The notes beneath the pieces are model-generated. The model had not been told where the DNA came from and searched no databases. It saw nothing but the letters and a program-made list of their open reading frames with translations. This document shows, in pieces, positions 49,851 through 62,839 of a stretch of DNA of 64,000 nucleotides (position 1 is its first letter; each line of letters starts with the position of its first letter). The DNA is from Eledone cirrhosa (lineage: Eukaryota), in the NCBI GenBank assembly GCA_964016885.1, contig OZ024742.1, positions 97,216,001 to 97,280,000 on the forward strand. Direction: 5' to 3'. Both the position numbers and the translations under genes were made by a program.

Positions 49851-50675
49851 AAATTATGATAAATTAAATGAATTTAATCTAAATCGAAATTGTGGGTGTC
49901 ATGTCATAACGGCATGCGCCATATCGCCTGGGAATAAGCTCAAAGATATATCCGATCATTTTATAATAACTAGAAATTGATTAACATATAAATATACATG
50001 AATAATCACAGGAGATAATTTTTACACGCGTGTAACTACGCATAGCTTGTTTTGGGTAATAATTAAATTTATACCTTTAAGTATGATTAACCTTCCTTGT
50101 ATATATCCCATTAAAGAAATATATTTCACCAATTAATCAGATGGTAAGTCACGGAAAGTGACTATAGATATATTATATTATATACTATTGGATATAGATA
50201 TATATATACGGCTCCTTAATTGTAGAGCTATTTCTGTTGAAGAGAATTTGACTGCTATTTCTAGTTGTCGAATACCTATTCACGCCACTGAAACGAAGCT
50301 ACTGTCATGTGTAGACGCAACACGTGGTAGCGGCCAGATGAGGATTTGAACTCGTTGTGTGAGGATGGATAGCTGGACATTATTATTCTTCCTTGTTGAC
50401 AATCCAATAATATCCACTTTCCGTGACTTACCATCTGATTAATTGGTGAAATATATTTCTTTAATGGGATATATACAAGGAAGGTTAATCATACTTAAAG
50501 GTATAAATGGGGTACGAGCATGTCCTCTGACGCTGAAATGTGTGTGTTCGAGCTTATATGATTCGAGTTACTCGGAGGACTAACAACACACCCAAGAGCT
50601 GGACATATCGATGAATTGACAGAGTGGAACACATATCAACACCATGTTTACCTGTTTTTTCTACATTAATTCGTA

Positions 50676-50728
50676 CTGCCTGATGAGGTCACAACCAATA
50701 ATAGCTGTCACTGAAATATATATAGCAG
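50676..50728 (+). ncRNA. type I hammerhead ribozyme (family of 29454)
   Basis: CUGC-CUGAUGA-ggucac..gucacu-GAAA-UAUAUA-UA-GCAG; (TA)n about 50 nt downstream; helix II decayed. Confidence 0.7.
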
Positions 50729-50794
50729 ATAATTTATAATAAACGAAGCCAAATTCAACATGTTTGACTTACTCATTATATATATATATATACA

Positions 50795-51330
50795 CGGTTA
50801 TAGTTCCAATTGAGTACTCACTCAACGTCGGGGCTACTCCATCCCCTTCCGTGCATGGATGCTGCTAACTGATGTGAATGATCCAAGATCAGTAGATCCG
50901 CCCATATCGGCAGCAGATACATGCATGTGTTTTGCTTGGCTCCACACTGACACATCCCTCCCACCGGCTTCCCCTCTTCTCCCCAGTGACACGACGATTT
51001 TTTCTTATATGTGCTAGTAGCCTACTGCATGGTGCAGCGTCAAGCATTGTGGTTGACACCCAGAAGAAAATTCTTCGCAGAGTACGATTTTTCGTAAGAA
51101 TCGGACATTCTGGTAAACATTTCCCGCCCAATGCAGCTGTATATTCTTAACAGTGCTCTCGATACAAGTGGTCATGTCATTCTTGAAGAAATTTGTGCTA
51201 TTGACATAGTCTCTCCAGTGAATGTTGACTATGGTGCACAAACAGCGTTTGGCGGAATATCACATGAGTGTGACAGTGATACATGAGCCACAGCTCGGGG
51301 CAATAAAAGAGAGTGGTCAAACTTAATGCT
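50795..51330 (-). mobile_element. RTE-clade LINE 3' fragment ending at (TA)n
   Basis: IVNIHWRDYVN..CIES..IQLHWAGNV (QLRWAGHV-like). Confidence 0.75.
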
Positions 51331-51601
51331 TTCACTGTTTTGAGGTTATTTCTCCAAACCCGCATTTAAAGTCTCCCAAAGATACTGCTGACTTTGAATA
51401 GTCAGTTGACCAATTCCTTGTCATTTTTTGTATCATGGGAAATGACACTCTCGAGATAGCAGTAGAGAATGCAGCTTGGTCTGCTTGTTGGAAATATTTG
51501 GTGGCTGGTATTCATCCTGGTGAGTAAGCTGGTGGAGGGCTCCCGTCTACATCAAACTGGCTTCTATGTCAAAGAGATCGGAAGAATTCGTAAGAATTCG
51601 C

Positions 51602-51646
<45 letters not shown>

Positions 51647-51663
51647 GTGTGTGTGTGTGTGTA

Positions 51664-52225
51664 TATATTTGAAAAAAAGGAAAAGAATGACTTCACTTGT
51701 AGTGTTAAATAATTTGATATAATTTTATAATTGTTTCTACTTTTGGCACAAGGCCAGCAATTACCCAGTTCATTACTGGTACTTTATTTTATCGACTCGG
51801 TAAGGATGAAAGACAAAGTTAACCTCGACGGGATTTGAACTCAAACCGTAAAGGGACGTAACTATGGTGGAAAGCATGGCGTCTGACCCTTATAATATTA
51901 TGAGTTGGTAAATCTAGTAAGTTCTTTGTTAACTTCGGTGGGAAGAATTTAAAGATTCCTGGTTAACTTTGTTGGAGAACTTTCTCGCATTCGTCAGTTT
52001 GACAATCGTCACCGACGAATGCGAGAAAGTTCTCCAACAAGGTTAACCAGGAATCTTTAAAATTCTTCCCACCGAAGTTAACAAAGAACTTACTAGATAT
52101 ACCAACTCATAATATTATAATATTATAAAATTAAATCAAATTATTTAACACTACAAGTGAAGTCATTCTTTCCCTTTTTTTCAAATATACCTAACTGTAC
52201 CAAGGATCTCACAAATTTTCCAATA
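51664..52225 (+). mobile_element. fold-back element in TA/TG microsatellite with a SINE (51732-51889, minus) in its left arm
   Basis: 51664-51731 plus 51890-51998 are the reverse complement of 52011-52189; about 35-nt unpaired tail before (TA)n. Confidence 0.9.
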
Positions 52226-52410
52226 TATATATATATATATATATAGCTCTTTCATTGTACCTAACAACAGCGGCATGCAGTACGTTACTTTCTGCCTGGT
52301 AAATTCTTCTAATCTCCATGACATAGATGCCAGCTTGAAGAGGCGACTGTCTATATTTCATTCGTTTTTACGTTGTTTTCGACCATATTTTTTATTTGTT
52401 ATATATATAT

Positions 52411-52457
<47 letters not shown>

Positions 52458-54098
52458 TGTGTGTGCGTGTGTGCGTGTGCGTGTGTGTGTGCGCGCGCGC
52501 GTTGTGTGTGTGTGGTCTAAAGAAATTTCAATTAAATAATTTCTTATAATTGCAAATGATTGGTATGCGAAATATTGATAGATTCATATTTTCATTCCCT
52601 AATTTTATGTTTAGATATTTAAAATAATTGTAGTTAAATCCACGAAATCTTGTATATATATTTTTGCCAGGTGGTGCTATTAAGTTAGACATGGCCTGGG
52701 CCAATACTGGCCGAAACCTATCAAAGTTATCAAAGTTATATATATATATATGAACTTATCGAATTTAAAGCACGGGCGTCTTAGAATTCTTAGAATAATA
52801 AGAACTCAACGCAAGGAAAGTGGTAAAGTAGCAAAACGCCGTCAATTACAGAAATCAGTGGCTAGAAGTGTGTTGGGCAGTGAACTGGTAGGAAGAAAAG
52901 AGAAAAGGAAGAGAATGGATGGACTAAGATCACACAGACATTTATATATATATCATCTTTTATGGAAGAATTTTTTAAAAGAGATATGGCAGCTTTGAAA
53001 TTTGAAATCTATTTATTTTTCTCAAGAAAATATTCAGGTAAATTGGGTAAATTACACTTGAAGTGGGGGAAAATGTGAACGAACACCAACGGCAATCGAG
53101 CTGTGCATCTTCTGTATGCAAGACTGCTGCAATAACCATTTCACCATCTAATTTGCAATGTTAATAAACATCACTTTTGGTGCTACAATAAATTACACCC
53201 ACTACATTCTGTGGTTGTGTTGGTACTATGATAGAATACCGCCATTGTAAGTGATAGCGCGCGTGCCAAAATAAAGTGCACTCAGGACATTCTGTAGGTG
53301 CTAGTGCCACGATAATATGCAGCCAGGACATATTATAATGTGATTGGCGTTAGACAAACTATCCAACCATAGAAAAACTGCTTCAAAATGCATTGTACAA
53401 CTTATGCCAACATGGAAAAGCTGACATGAAAACAATGATGATGGTTATGATTATTATTCTCGATTCTCGGAACACGTAATGGAAACGGAAAATATATTTA
53501 GAAAGAGAGAGATTCCAATTTTCCATAGAGCTAATGGTACATAAAATCAGTAATATTCACTGCCAGTAGGCAAATGTCTTAGAATCAGAGTCCGTATTAA
53601 AGAATGTGAATCTATACCAAAAGCACAAGATTTAATTAAAAAATACTGCAGGTGGAATAATGGAGTGTATCTATAAAAAGATAGCTTTTTATATATCGTA
53701 AGACAGTACGTAAGCTGATTTAATAGTTTCCATAAATGACCTGAAGATTTTGTAATTTTTTTTTTAATGACTGATTAGATATTTCAGTCATCCTATTTAT
53801 GCAACAAATTACAGTTTTTATAGAACTCTCAACAACATTAACCCTTTCATTACCATATTTCTAATGATAGACACTGCTTTTGATTTTTAAATAATTTTGA
53901 AAATAATCAAGAATTTGGAGGGATTTAGTAAAGTAACCTGTTTATTAATGTGGCTTTGTTAGCATAGTTTAACAATTAAAATAAATAGATGAATATATAT
54001 ATTTTAAAATGAAAACTTTGTATTGTAGAACTAGTGGCAGTTTCAGGGAGTATAGTGACAAAGTGGTTAATATAAAATATGTATGATATTCATTAGTT

Positions 54099-54438
54099 AT
54101 AACTTTGCCTTTCATCATTACGGGTTCGATAAAATAAAGTACCAGTAATGTACTGGGATCGAATGGTTTGACTCTTCCCTAAAATGGTTGGCCTTGTGCC
54201 TAAATAGGAAATCATTATTTAACTAAAATGGATGGCGGTGGATTGGCAGTATCGGTAGAGGGTCGGACGGCATGCTTTGACGCATAGAGTTACGGCCCTT
54301 TCCATTCTGAGTTCAAATCCCGCCGAGGTTAACTTTGCCTTTCATCCTTACGGGGTCGATAAAATAAAGTACCAGTCATGTACTTGGTAATTGCTGGCCT
54401 TGTGCCAAAAGTAGAAACAATTATTTAACTAAAATGGA
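54099..54438 (+). mobile_element. truncated SINE followed by full-length SINE family A with 19-bp TSD
   Basis: ATTATTTAACTAAAATGGA at 54214-54232 and 54420-54438. Confidence 0.92.
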
Positions 54439-55959
54439 GCTGGATGTCAGGTGCGGTGTATACTAAACAAAAAGGTGGGAAGACTCTTTAGTTGTGTCAA
54501 AGACAGGAAAACTTTCTTATCGCTGTTAATCTACATGATAAACACACCTGCCACTTCCTGTAAATTGATTCGTGATAGGAAGAGCACCAAGCAACAGGGA
54601 ACCTGCTAAACAGGCCAAAGCACTCTTCGTGTGTCAAAGACAACCTCCCTACTGTTGGTGATTTACATGATAAAATTCACGCAGTACGCTTTGTAAAATA
54701 TTTGATGTGAGGAAAGGGGTCGAGTCATAGAAAACTTTCCAAACAAAGGGTTTGTATGACTCTTTAGCTATGGCCAAAGCATGACACTCTCCCTAATGCA
54801 GATGCCATAAGATGAACTCAGTAGAACGCAGGAACCTGAATGACACCCAGACGTGCGGCCCATCTGATCACTTAGTTGAATTGAAGGAACAGATGTAAGA
54901 CAGATGCTAGTCCCCAGCCGAACCAGCTGTTCAGTAAATCTGCTTGAGTACTGACCAGTCTCTGATGAGTCATTTAACCTTTCCTAGCAGAGAAAATTTA
55001 TGTTCAGTAATGATGATGCAGATGATGACGTTTAATTCCATCGTATACATTTTTAGTCTCGTTTCTAAGTTGAAAATCGTTACTCTCCCATATAGATTCC
55101 AAGTTTTGAACAACATATCACCATATTTTATTTGTCTTTTTATGTTATGAGTTCAAATCCTACGTAGGCTGGCATTGCATTTCATCATTCTGAGGATGAA
55201 CCGAATGTCATTCTACAGGTGCTGGTGGAAATGTAATGATCTATAAAACATAAAGTGGATACTCTAGCATGCTCCCGCACTAATGACTGACACCAATAAA
55301 AAAATCTTCAGAATATGTATAAAGTTCCAATGTGTAGACACGTCCTCTGAAAACCTACCTACCTATCAGCTCATTGTGCATATAACATGAAGATATCATG
55401 CCACAGAGCCAGAGACTGACATAAAAAAAGTAGATTGAGGATATTAAGGAAACTCTGAAATCACAAGTTATCACAGCAGGACAGGCTTTCCAGCTCGTCA
55501 TAGGACAACAACTTTTTCTTCCAACAACACTTCCAAGGCTACAAACGAAAAGATAAAAAAAGAACAAAAAACAAAAACAAAATGTTTCGGAGAGGTGATG
55601 ACTAAAGTGTATGGAAGTATTTACATAAAACTTCTAAATAACATGACAGGGAAACAATTGCAGTTGACTAGGAAGCTTGTCTACAGAACCAAGTGATGAA
55701 AGTACATGCTGTCTTACTACACAAAATCCTGGCAAAAGTACGTTTGTATACGAAAAATGTAAACAGAATATGCATGTGTATATAACACACAAACTATACA
55801 GATAACAAACAGGTAGTATAATAGCATCACAACTGAACCCTAACACTGGAATAAAAATACAACCTTCATTCAAATTTCAACCTCTAATTATTTGGTGGGT
55901 AAGCAGTTGTTAAAGACCCTAAGAGAAAATAGTAGTTCAATGACCAATACTATTTTAAT

Positions 55960-56862
55960 CATTTTCTAATCATTATTTCATGAACAGGATTGACACGTGC
56001 AGCCGTGTTGAAAGTGGTATCACAACTGGCGAGTGTAAAAATCAGACGGTCGGCTGGAAGTTGCAGATGACATGGTGTTAATTAACTCAACAGAAGGTGA
56101 TCTCCAACTTGCACTTGATAGGTTTCATTCAGCGTGCTGCATGCTTGGAATGAAAGCTGAGACACTCGTCCTCTCAAGGAAGCCTGCGCAGAGCACACTA
56201 CATATGAATGGAGTTCCAATGAAGCAGGTGGAGAAGTATGCTTGCAATAGAGTGGACACTGCTAAAGGCATCCAATGGCGAGGTGGTGTTAAACTGACCT
56301 AAACAACAACAACAGCTACTTATGCTACTACCACCATAGGAACTTTATATCAATATCAAGGAGCCGTGTTCATGAGAGATTGAAAACAAGCGGCTGAATT
56401 AAGTGGAAGAATTGAAGAATTTGGTGCAGTAATGCGCTAAATTCAGCATTCGGTAATCAGAAGGGAGGTAGGTGTAAAAGCCCAGCTTACTATCTTCAAT
56501 TCGGTATTCCTTCTAACCCTTACCTATGGTTAGGAATCTTGGGTAATGATCGAAAGAATATTATCCCGAATACAAGCGACCGAAATGAGGTTCATTCGAA
56601 GGGTTGTTGAAGTAACGTTACTCGATAGAGTGCGTAGCTCGGAGATCAAAGAGTCCATCCAGAGAGAGCCGCTACTTCTCTGAATTGAGAGATCACAGTT
56701 CCGATACTATTTGACAAGTGGTTAGAATGTCTCAGGAACGAATCGCTGGACAAATTTTGCGGGCAAAACCAACCGGCAGGAGACCACGAGGCAGACCACG
56801 AAAAAGATGGTTGGATAACATCCAAGAAGAAGAAGAAAAAGAAGAAGAAGAAGAAGAAGAAG
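55960..56862 (+). mobile_element. RTE-clade LINE 3' portion with (GAA)n tail
   Basis: ADDMVLI..MKQVEK..LTYG*ESWV..IQATEMRFIRRV; (AAG)n at 56825-56862. Confidence 0.85.
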
Positions 56863-58579
56863 GCAAATAAACAAAACAACCAGAAGACATCTTTCAAGCA
56901 TATTAGACCTCCTCATGGAAGTACGAATAATCTTCAGCATATATATTCTATTTCATTCTAGCTAACATTCCAATGTTTTCATATTAAATACATTAACACT
57001 AACTTTACATAGAAAATAAATATATTTTGGCACTCTAAATTTCAGTACACTTTCACAGATTTGTACATCTTCACAGCCCATAATATATTAGGTACATTTT
57101 CAGCATTAGACCAAAACGGGCAATTATTCTTTTCCACGTATGAGGACACTAATTCAGTGTCTGTCCGACATCTAACAGTAGCAATTGTAAGAGCTAATCA
57201 CTTCTCTGTTCTGTTGCAATCATGATAAATTAGAATTCTTTCTCTCCATCTCTAATATCTAAGAGTGAAGACAAGACACTTATATGCAAAATGCTATCTA
57301 TCTAGTCGTTCATTAGGAGAATTCTATGCTCCACTAAGTCGGCTCTGTTACAAATTTGCACGCCATTTATATATGCAAACCAATCCATTGTTGCCAACCT
57401 ATGACAAGTATCATTGGTAATAGTCATTAACTTAAGAAATACGTTTAACTTGATTTAATGCACACATTTTGCAGTTGCACATGTCAAAGACAAACCTAAT
57501 GTGTGTATATGTGTAGAGCTTTGTGTATGTGTGTAGGTGAGGAGGTGTTGAGATCTATGTGTATGTGGGCCTATGTGATGGTGTTGCGGTATATTAATCT
57601 GTGTATGTGAAGATGTTGAGACGTATGTGTAAGTAGATTTGTGGAGGGGGCGTTCGTTCGTAATGGTGATGCTGTAAGAGTGTATGAAATTATATGTAGA
57701 AGTTTATATGTGCATGTTTGTCTAGTAGTGGTGCTAGTGCTGCAGTTGTTGGTAGTTATGTATGTGTGTACTGGTTGTGGGACTGTGGTGATGATAGTAG
57801 TTGGGGTGGAGCGGATGATGGTAGTAGTTTATGTGTCGTAATGGTGTAGATGCTGGTAGTATGTGTAGTGGTAGAGTGGTGGTAGTTGTATTTATATATA
57901 GATGTTTATTGTTGGTTGTGGGTATGTACTGAGGAAGTATGATGGTGAGAGTAGTATGTATGTGCGTGTATAGAGGTAAGATGTTTTGGGGGAGTAATAT
58001 ATTTGAGTATGAATAGTGGTGGTAGTAATATGTAGTGGTAGTGGTGGTGCATATATGCTTGCTTTCTGGTGGTTACGGTTATGTATTGTGGAAGTAGTGG
58101 CATTGTTAGCAGTGGTTGTGTCGTAGGCTGTATGCGTGTGTGTAAGGGGGGATGGGGGAAGTAGAAGTTATAGCAAATAACTAGTAAATTGTCAGTAGCA
58201 TTTGTTGAAAGTTTAGTTTGTGAAAGACATGTGTCTGGAGGGCAGCGATCCTTACCAGATTTGCAACTGTTGACCACCGATTAAATCTCCAACATTGAGG
58301 AAATTAATTTTCCACTAGCTGAAAGCATTTGAGTGCATTAGCGCTGACAATTGCCTTGTCGGCGATGATTGCTGCCGATATATCATCGGTTAGAACCCCA
58401 AGAATAGACATTATGATATTGATATAAAGTTCCTATGGTGGTAGTAGCATAAGTAGCTGTTGTTGTTGTTTAGGTCAGTTTAACACCACCTCGCCATTGG
58501 ATGCCTTTAGCAGTGTCCACTCTATTGCAAGCATTCGAATCAGATCACCAATGCTAGAATATTCTCTCTCTCTTTCTCG

Positions 58580-58642
<63 letters not shown>

Positions 58643-59303
58643 TTCCTCTTTCCCAGCTGTCGTAGAGGCCCTGAAGGGCGACATAGGCATTTCCCTGCCC
58701 CGGCCAGTTTTAAAGTTCTACCTGGATATTGGATGCCTTTAGTGGTATCCACTCTGTTGCAAGCATTCGAGTCCAATATCTAGTATGAGGATCCCTCCCG
58801 GTCTCTCACCTACCAGTGCTGAATGCTCTGAAAATAATCATTGTTACAGTCCTTCTCTGGTTATTTTATCAACGCTACCTGCTTCTTTGGTACCTTTAGC
58901 AGTTTGCACATATTCAGGTCAGTTCTTTGATTGACAATAAGTCCCTCTCTATTTGTCACATTGTCTCGGGGGTCCTGAAACAATCATGCACATTACCCTA
59001 ACTGATTAAAAGCAAAACAGAAAAAAAGGCCCAGACTGCTCCTAAACAAACAGACCTATGATCAAAGGCTTTCCAGCCAGGGTATTATCATTGATTTTTC
59101 GGTGCTGGAATGACAGTATGGTTAAGACGTCTGCTTCACAATCATGTCATTTTGCTGGATTTGATCCTAGTTCACAGTAACTTCAGTAGGTGTTAACTAT
59201 TGTAATCTCAGGTTAACATATATGACAAGACTTTTCATATTCTACACTCAAATGGCTTTCATCAACCTAAAGTTTCATTTAACCTCTGGTTTACGCACGC
59301 ACG

Positions 59304-59396
<93 letters not shown>

Positions 59397-59407
59397 TTGT
59401 GTGTGTA

Positions 59408-59640
59408 TAAGACACGTGATCTAGTAGTTAGAACTTATGATCATAATGTTATGGGTCTGATTCCTGGACCAGGCGGTGCATTTTCTTCTTGAGCAAACCA
59501 TTTCATTCCCATTGCTCCATTTAACTCAGCTGAAAATATGTACCAGGAGCAACTGGGGGTTTGCCGTCACAGCGATTTAACACTAAAGAATATAGGATAA
59601 GCTTCCATCTGATGAGCCTCTAGGCTTAGGAAGGATTTTA
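59408..59640 (+). mobile_element. old SINE family B-like copy
   Basis: tRNA-like head (TGATCTAGTAGTTAG..GGGTCTGATTCC) and TTCTTGAGCAA..CATTGCTCCA body. Confidence 0.6.
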
Positions 59641-60131
59641 ACTAGTTTTTGAAAATACACGTATGTGTGCAGATACAACATAGATTTTTCTAGCTAACTT
59701 CGTTCTAACTGGATTATCCGTTTTGCCAAAATATATATATAACTCTCTAGAAACATATTACGAAGTTAGAAACATTATTTCTGCCACTCAACTATAATAA
59801 TATGAAGGTACACATATTTTAAACTAATTTTAAATACACAGAGTAACCTCTTAATGTAAATTAATTATATTCCACCAGTCTCTTCCTTCACAAACTGAAA
59901 TATAACTGGATATGCAATCTGTCATTTACTGTGGTAGGTATGATCCGTTACCCATCTTAACACCAGTAAGTATTTAGTCCTTGGATGGTATTAGCAGAGT
60001 GTTCCCTCTGTTGCAAGCAAATGGGCCATGGATCCTGTTTGAGGAAACCTTTCACTCTCTCTTACCAATCTTCCAAGACATAGAAAAGTTTATGGGCATT
60101 GATAAGTCTCCAGTTGGAGGATACTCCCCTC

Positions 60132-60211
<80 letters not shown>

Positions 60212-60989
60212 CACACACTTTTACTCTTACCAGTCTCAGACACTTTAGAAAAGGTTATGTGCATTTCCAGGTCACCAGTGTGAGTAATGCACCACACTCC
60301 CACCCTCTACCCACCATGAAAAGTAACCGAAAGAAAAAACAGAACAAAACAAAACAAAAAATAACAAGTGTTTACTGCTATTCTTATTTAAATTCATGTG
60401 AAATATTATTCTTATATAAATTTAACTGAAATAATACCTTGCCAATGAAAGGTATCAGCTACTAAACCATTCACACTATGGTCTATTCATATGCAACTAA
60501 TAGTATACATCATATACATCAATGACTATTTATATGGAATCATTTGTATGCATTAGTGTGCATCTATTACATATATCAGTAATATTATCGAGATTTCTTT
60601 AAGGCAATAGATTTTATGAGAAACAAAGTATGTATTTTTTTATATGAATTAAGAATAATGTCTTCATATATTTTAGTTTTTGTTTACTTGTTTTTTACTT
60701 AATTTATATATATCTTCTATTTCTTTCTCTTCCTATGGACAACCGATAGCATTGATATCATGTATTTCAGATTTAAATAAATTATGTTCTCCCCATAAAG
60801 ATATGTTCTCTATTTGAAATTTCTACTTTTCGCCTTAGATGTGTATATGTGAGTGAATGTGTCCTATGTGTATCAATATATATGTGTACGTGTGTATGTG
60901 TAGGCATTTGTGTATGTATATATACAGCTCTAGTCCTGCAGAAGCCATTTTTATTTTATATCAAATTTGATATATATATATATATATTC

Positions 60990-62170
60990 CTGATAGACGA
61001 TAGAGCACTCTTGAATCACAGATAAATATGGAAATTTATAACATACGTTACTCATTGAAAAACATGCCCACACCATCAAACGATAGCTACTCCAGGAGAC
61101 TTATGGAGAAAAGTATATAACTATTCATGCGCATGAGGTGGAAAGCGTATTTCTACATCATCCATGCCAGCCCACACAACGAGAATGCAAACGACATGAA
61201 ATCAAAGAAGTTCCTATCAAAATCGAAGTAGCTGGAAAAATTCGAATTTGATCTACTAGAAATAGTAGCAAAACTAACATTTTATAAGTCATCTAATGAC
61301 TAAAAATTACATCAACAACATAAAAACATATGCCAATTAGACAAACAATTACTCCTAAACAACATTACCGGTGGTTACAAGAAAGCCAAGCTAAATACAT
61401 AAAATAGCATCAGCTAAGAGGCAAAGCAAATAGCAGCCAAGTTACACTGTAGAGTAGAGACACTACACAAACGATATGCCTTAATTACCCTTAAGGACCA
61501 TAAATTAAACTCCGCTTCAAGCTTTAAATGAAGGTTAATAAATCCGGCTACACAGAAATAGGCAAATTTAGCAAACATGTTCTAAGAAATATTAATACCA
61601 ACGTTAGGTATTCCACTCACTTAGAACACTGGAGGAACACTGAGGAAGTACGTAGATGGTTCAACAACACCAGCCACAAAATACGCGCCAGGTTCATATA
61701 ATGGGATATAGAATTCTACCCTTCGATTTCCAAAGACCAATTAGATAAAGCACTAAACATCACCAGCATCACCTGCCCTATAGACATCAATGACCGCACG
61801 TCAGAAGTATGCTGCTCTTCAGCGAGGACAGTGAATGGGAAAAAAGATTTTTGACGTAAGCATGAACTCGTTTCACGGATCGGATGTGGTCGACTTGGTC
61901 GACCTATATGTATTGAACACTCTAGGTGGACTATATCCGTCTGTGCACATTGATTTATACAGAGATGACGCTCTGGCAATAGCTAGAAACAAAACGAACA
62001 CGCACTAGGTAGATTAAGGAAGGAAGTCATACAAACTCAAAACTTTCGGCTTAAAAGTAAGTAGACACTAACCTAATCACTGTCAAATTCCTATATGTAA
62101 CACTAGACCTAAAATAACCAATGCAAGCCATATAGAACACCAAACGAATTGACATTCCTACATAAAGGCA
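60990..62170 (+). mobile_element. decayed PLE reverse transcriptase region
   Basis: NNITGGYKKA, ALITLKDHK, RLINPA, HWRNTEEVRRWF, FYPSIS, MNSFHGSDVVDLVDLYVL, LYRDDAL, FLYVTLDL, KPYRTPNE. Confidence 0.88.
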
Positions 62171-62423
62171 TAATTCTACCACAGCCGTATAGTGTTTAAT
62201 TGTTTCCGTTATATGAAGTGTTAATAATCAGGCTTTACATACGTACACAATCTATTTTTAGAACCGCTTAATCATAGGAAATGTTGAATGTGTACGCTAG
62301 GAGCATTAAGGTTTTTTACGAAGTAAAATAGATTATTTTTCATAGTAAGAAAATGTGATGCTTTAAACTTATACACTTAAAAGTTTCTAACGCTCCAGAG
62401 TTCTAAAGGTAGATTGTTTTCGT

Positions 62424-62522
<99 letters not shown>

Positions 62523-62839
62523 GCAGAAAGTTCAGTAAATCCGAAGAAAACTCGTGAGAGAACCAAAGTCAGCACTCGATGCAGGGCAGAGTGTATACAT
62601 TAAGAACAAAGTGGAGGTGTTACATAGGAGATTTATTGCTTAATCCTGGTTACAAATGTTTCCCAAGCAGCCGGCTTATGATCTGGGATGGCACCCTCAG
62701 ACCAAACTCCAAGACTGCCTGATCCTCAGACTAGTGTTAACACAACAAAACTCACATCAAATCTGTGGACGAACCAGGTGCGTTCGTTGAATTCTAGGCC
62801 CATGTTTGGTCATTCTATAAGCTTGTTTGAGTTTTTGAA

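Noticed and set aside
51975-52035. CUGACGA-AUGCGA-GAAA as an HHR
   Set aside because: Six unpaired nt cannot form helix II and helix I does not close.
54958-55000. CTGATGAGTC..GAGAAAA
   Set aside because: No helix II or helix I pairing.
59609-59635. CTGATGA-GCC TCTA GGC hairpin resembling an HHR
   Set aside because: No GAAA after the stem and no helix I/III; lies at a SINE 3' end.
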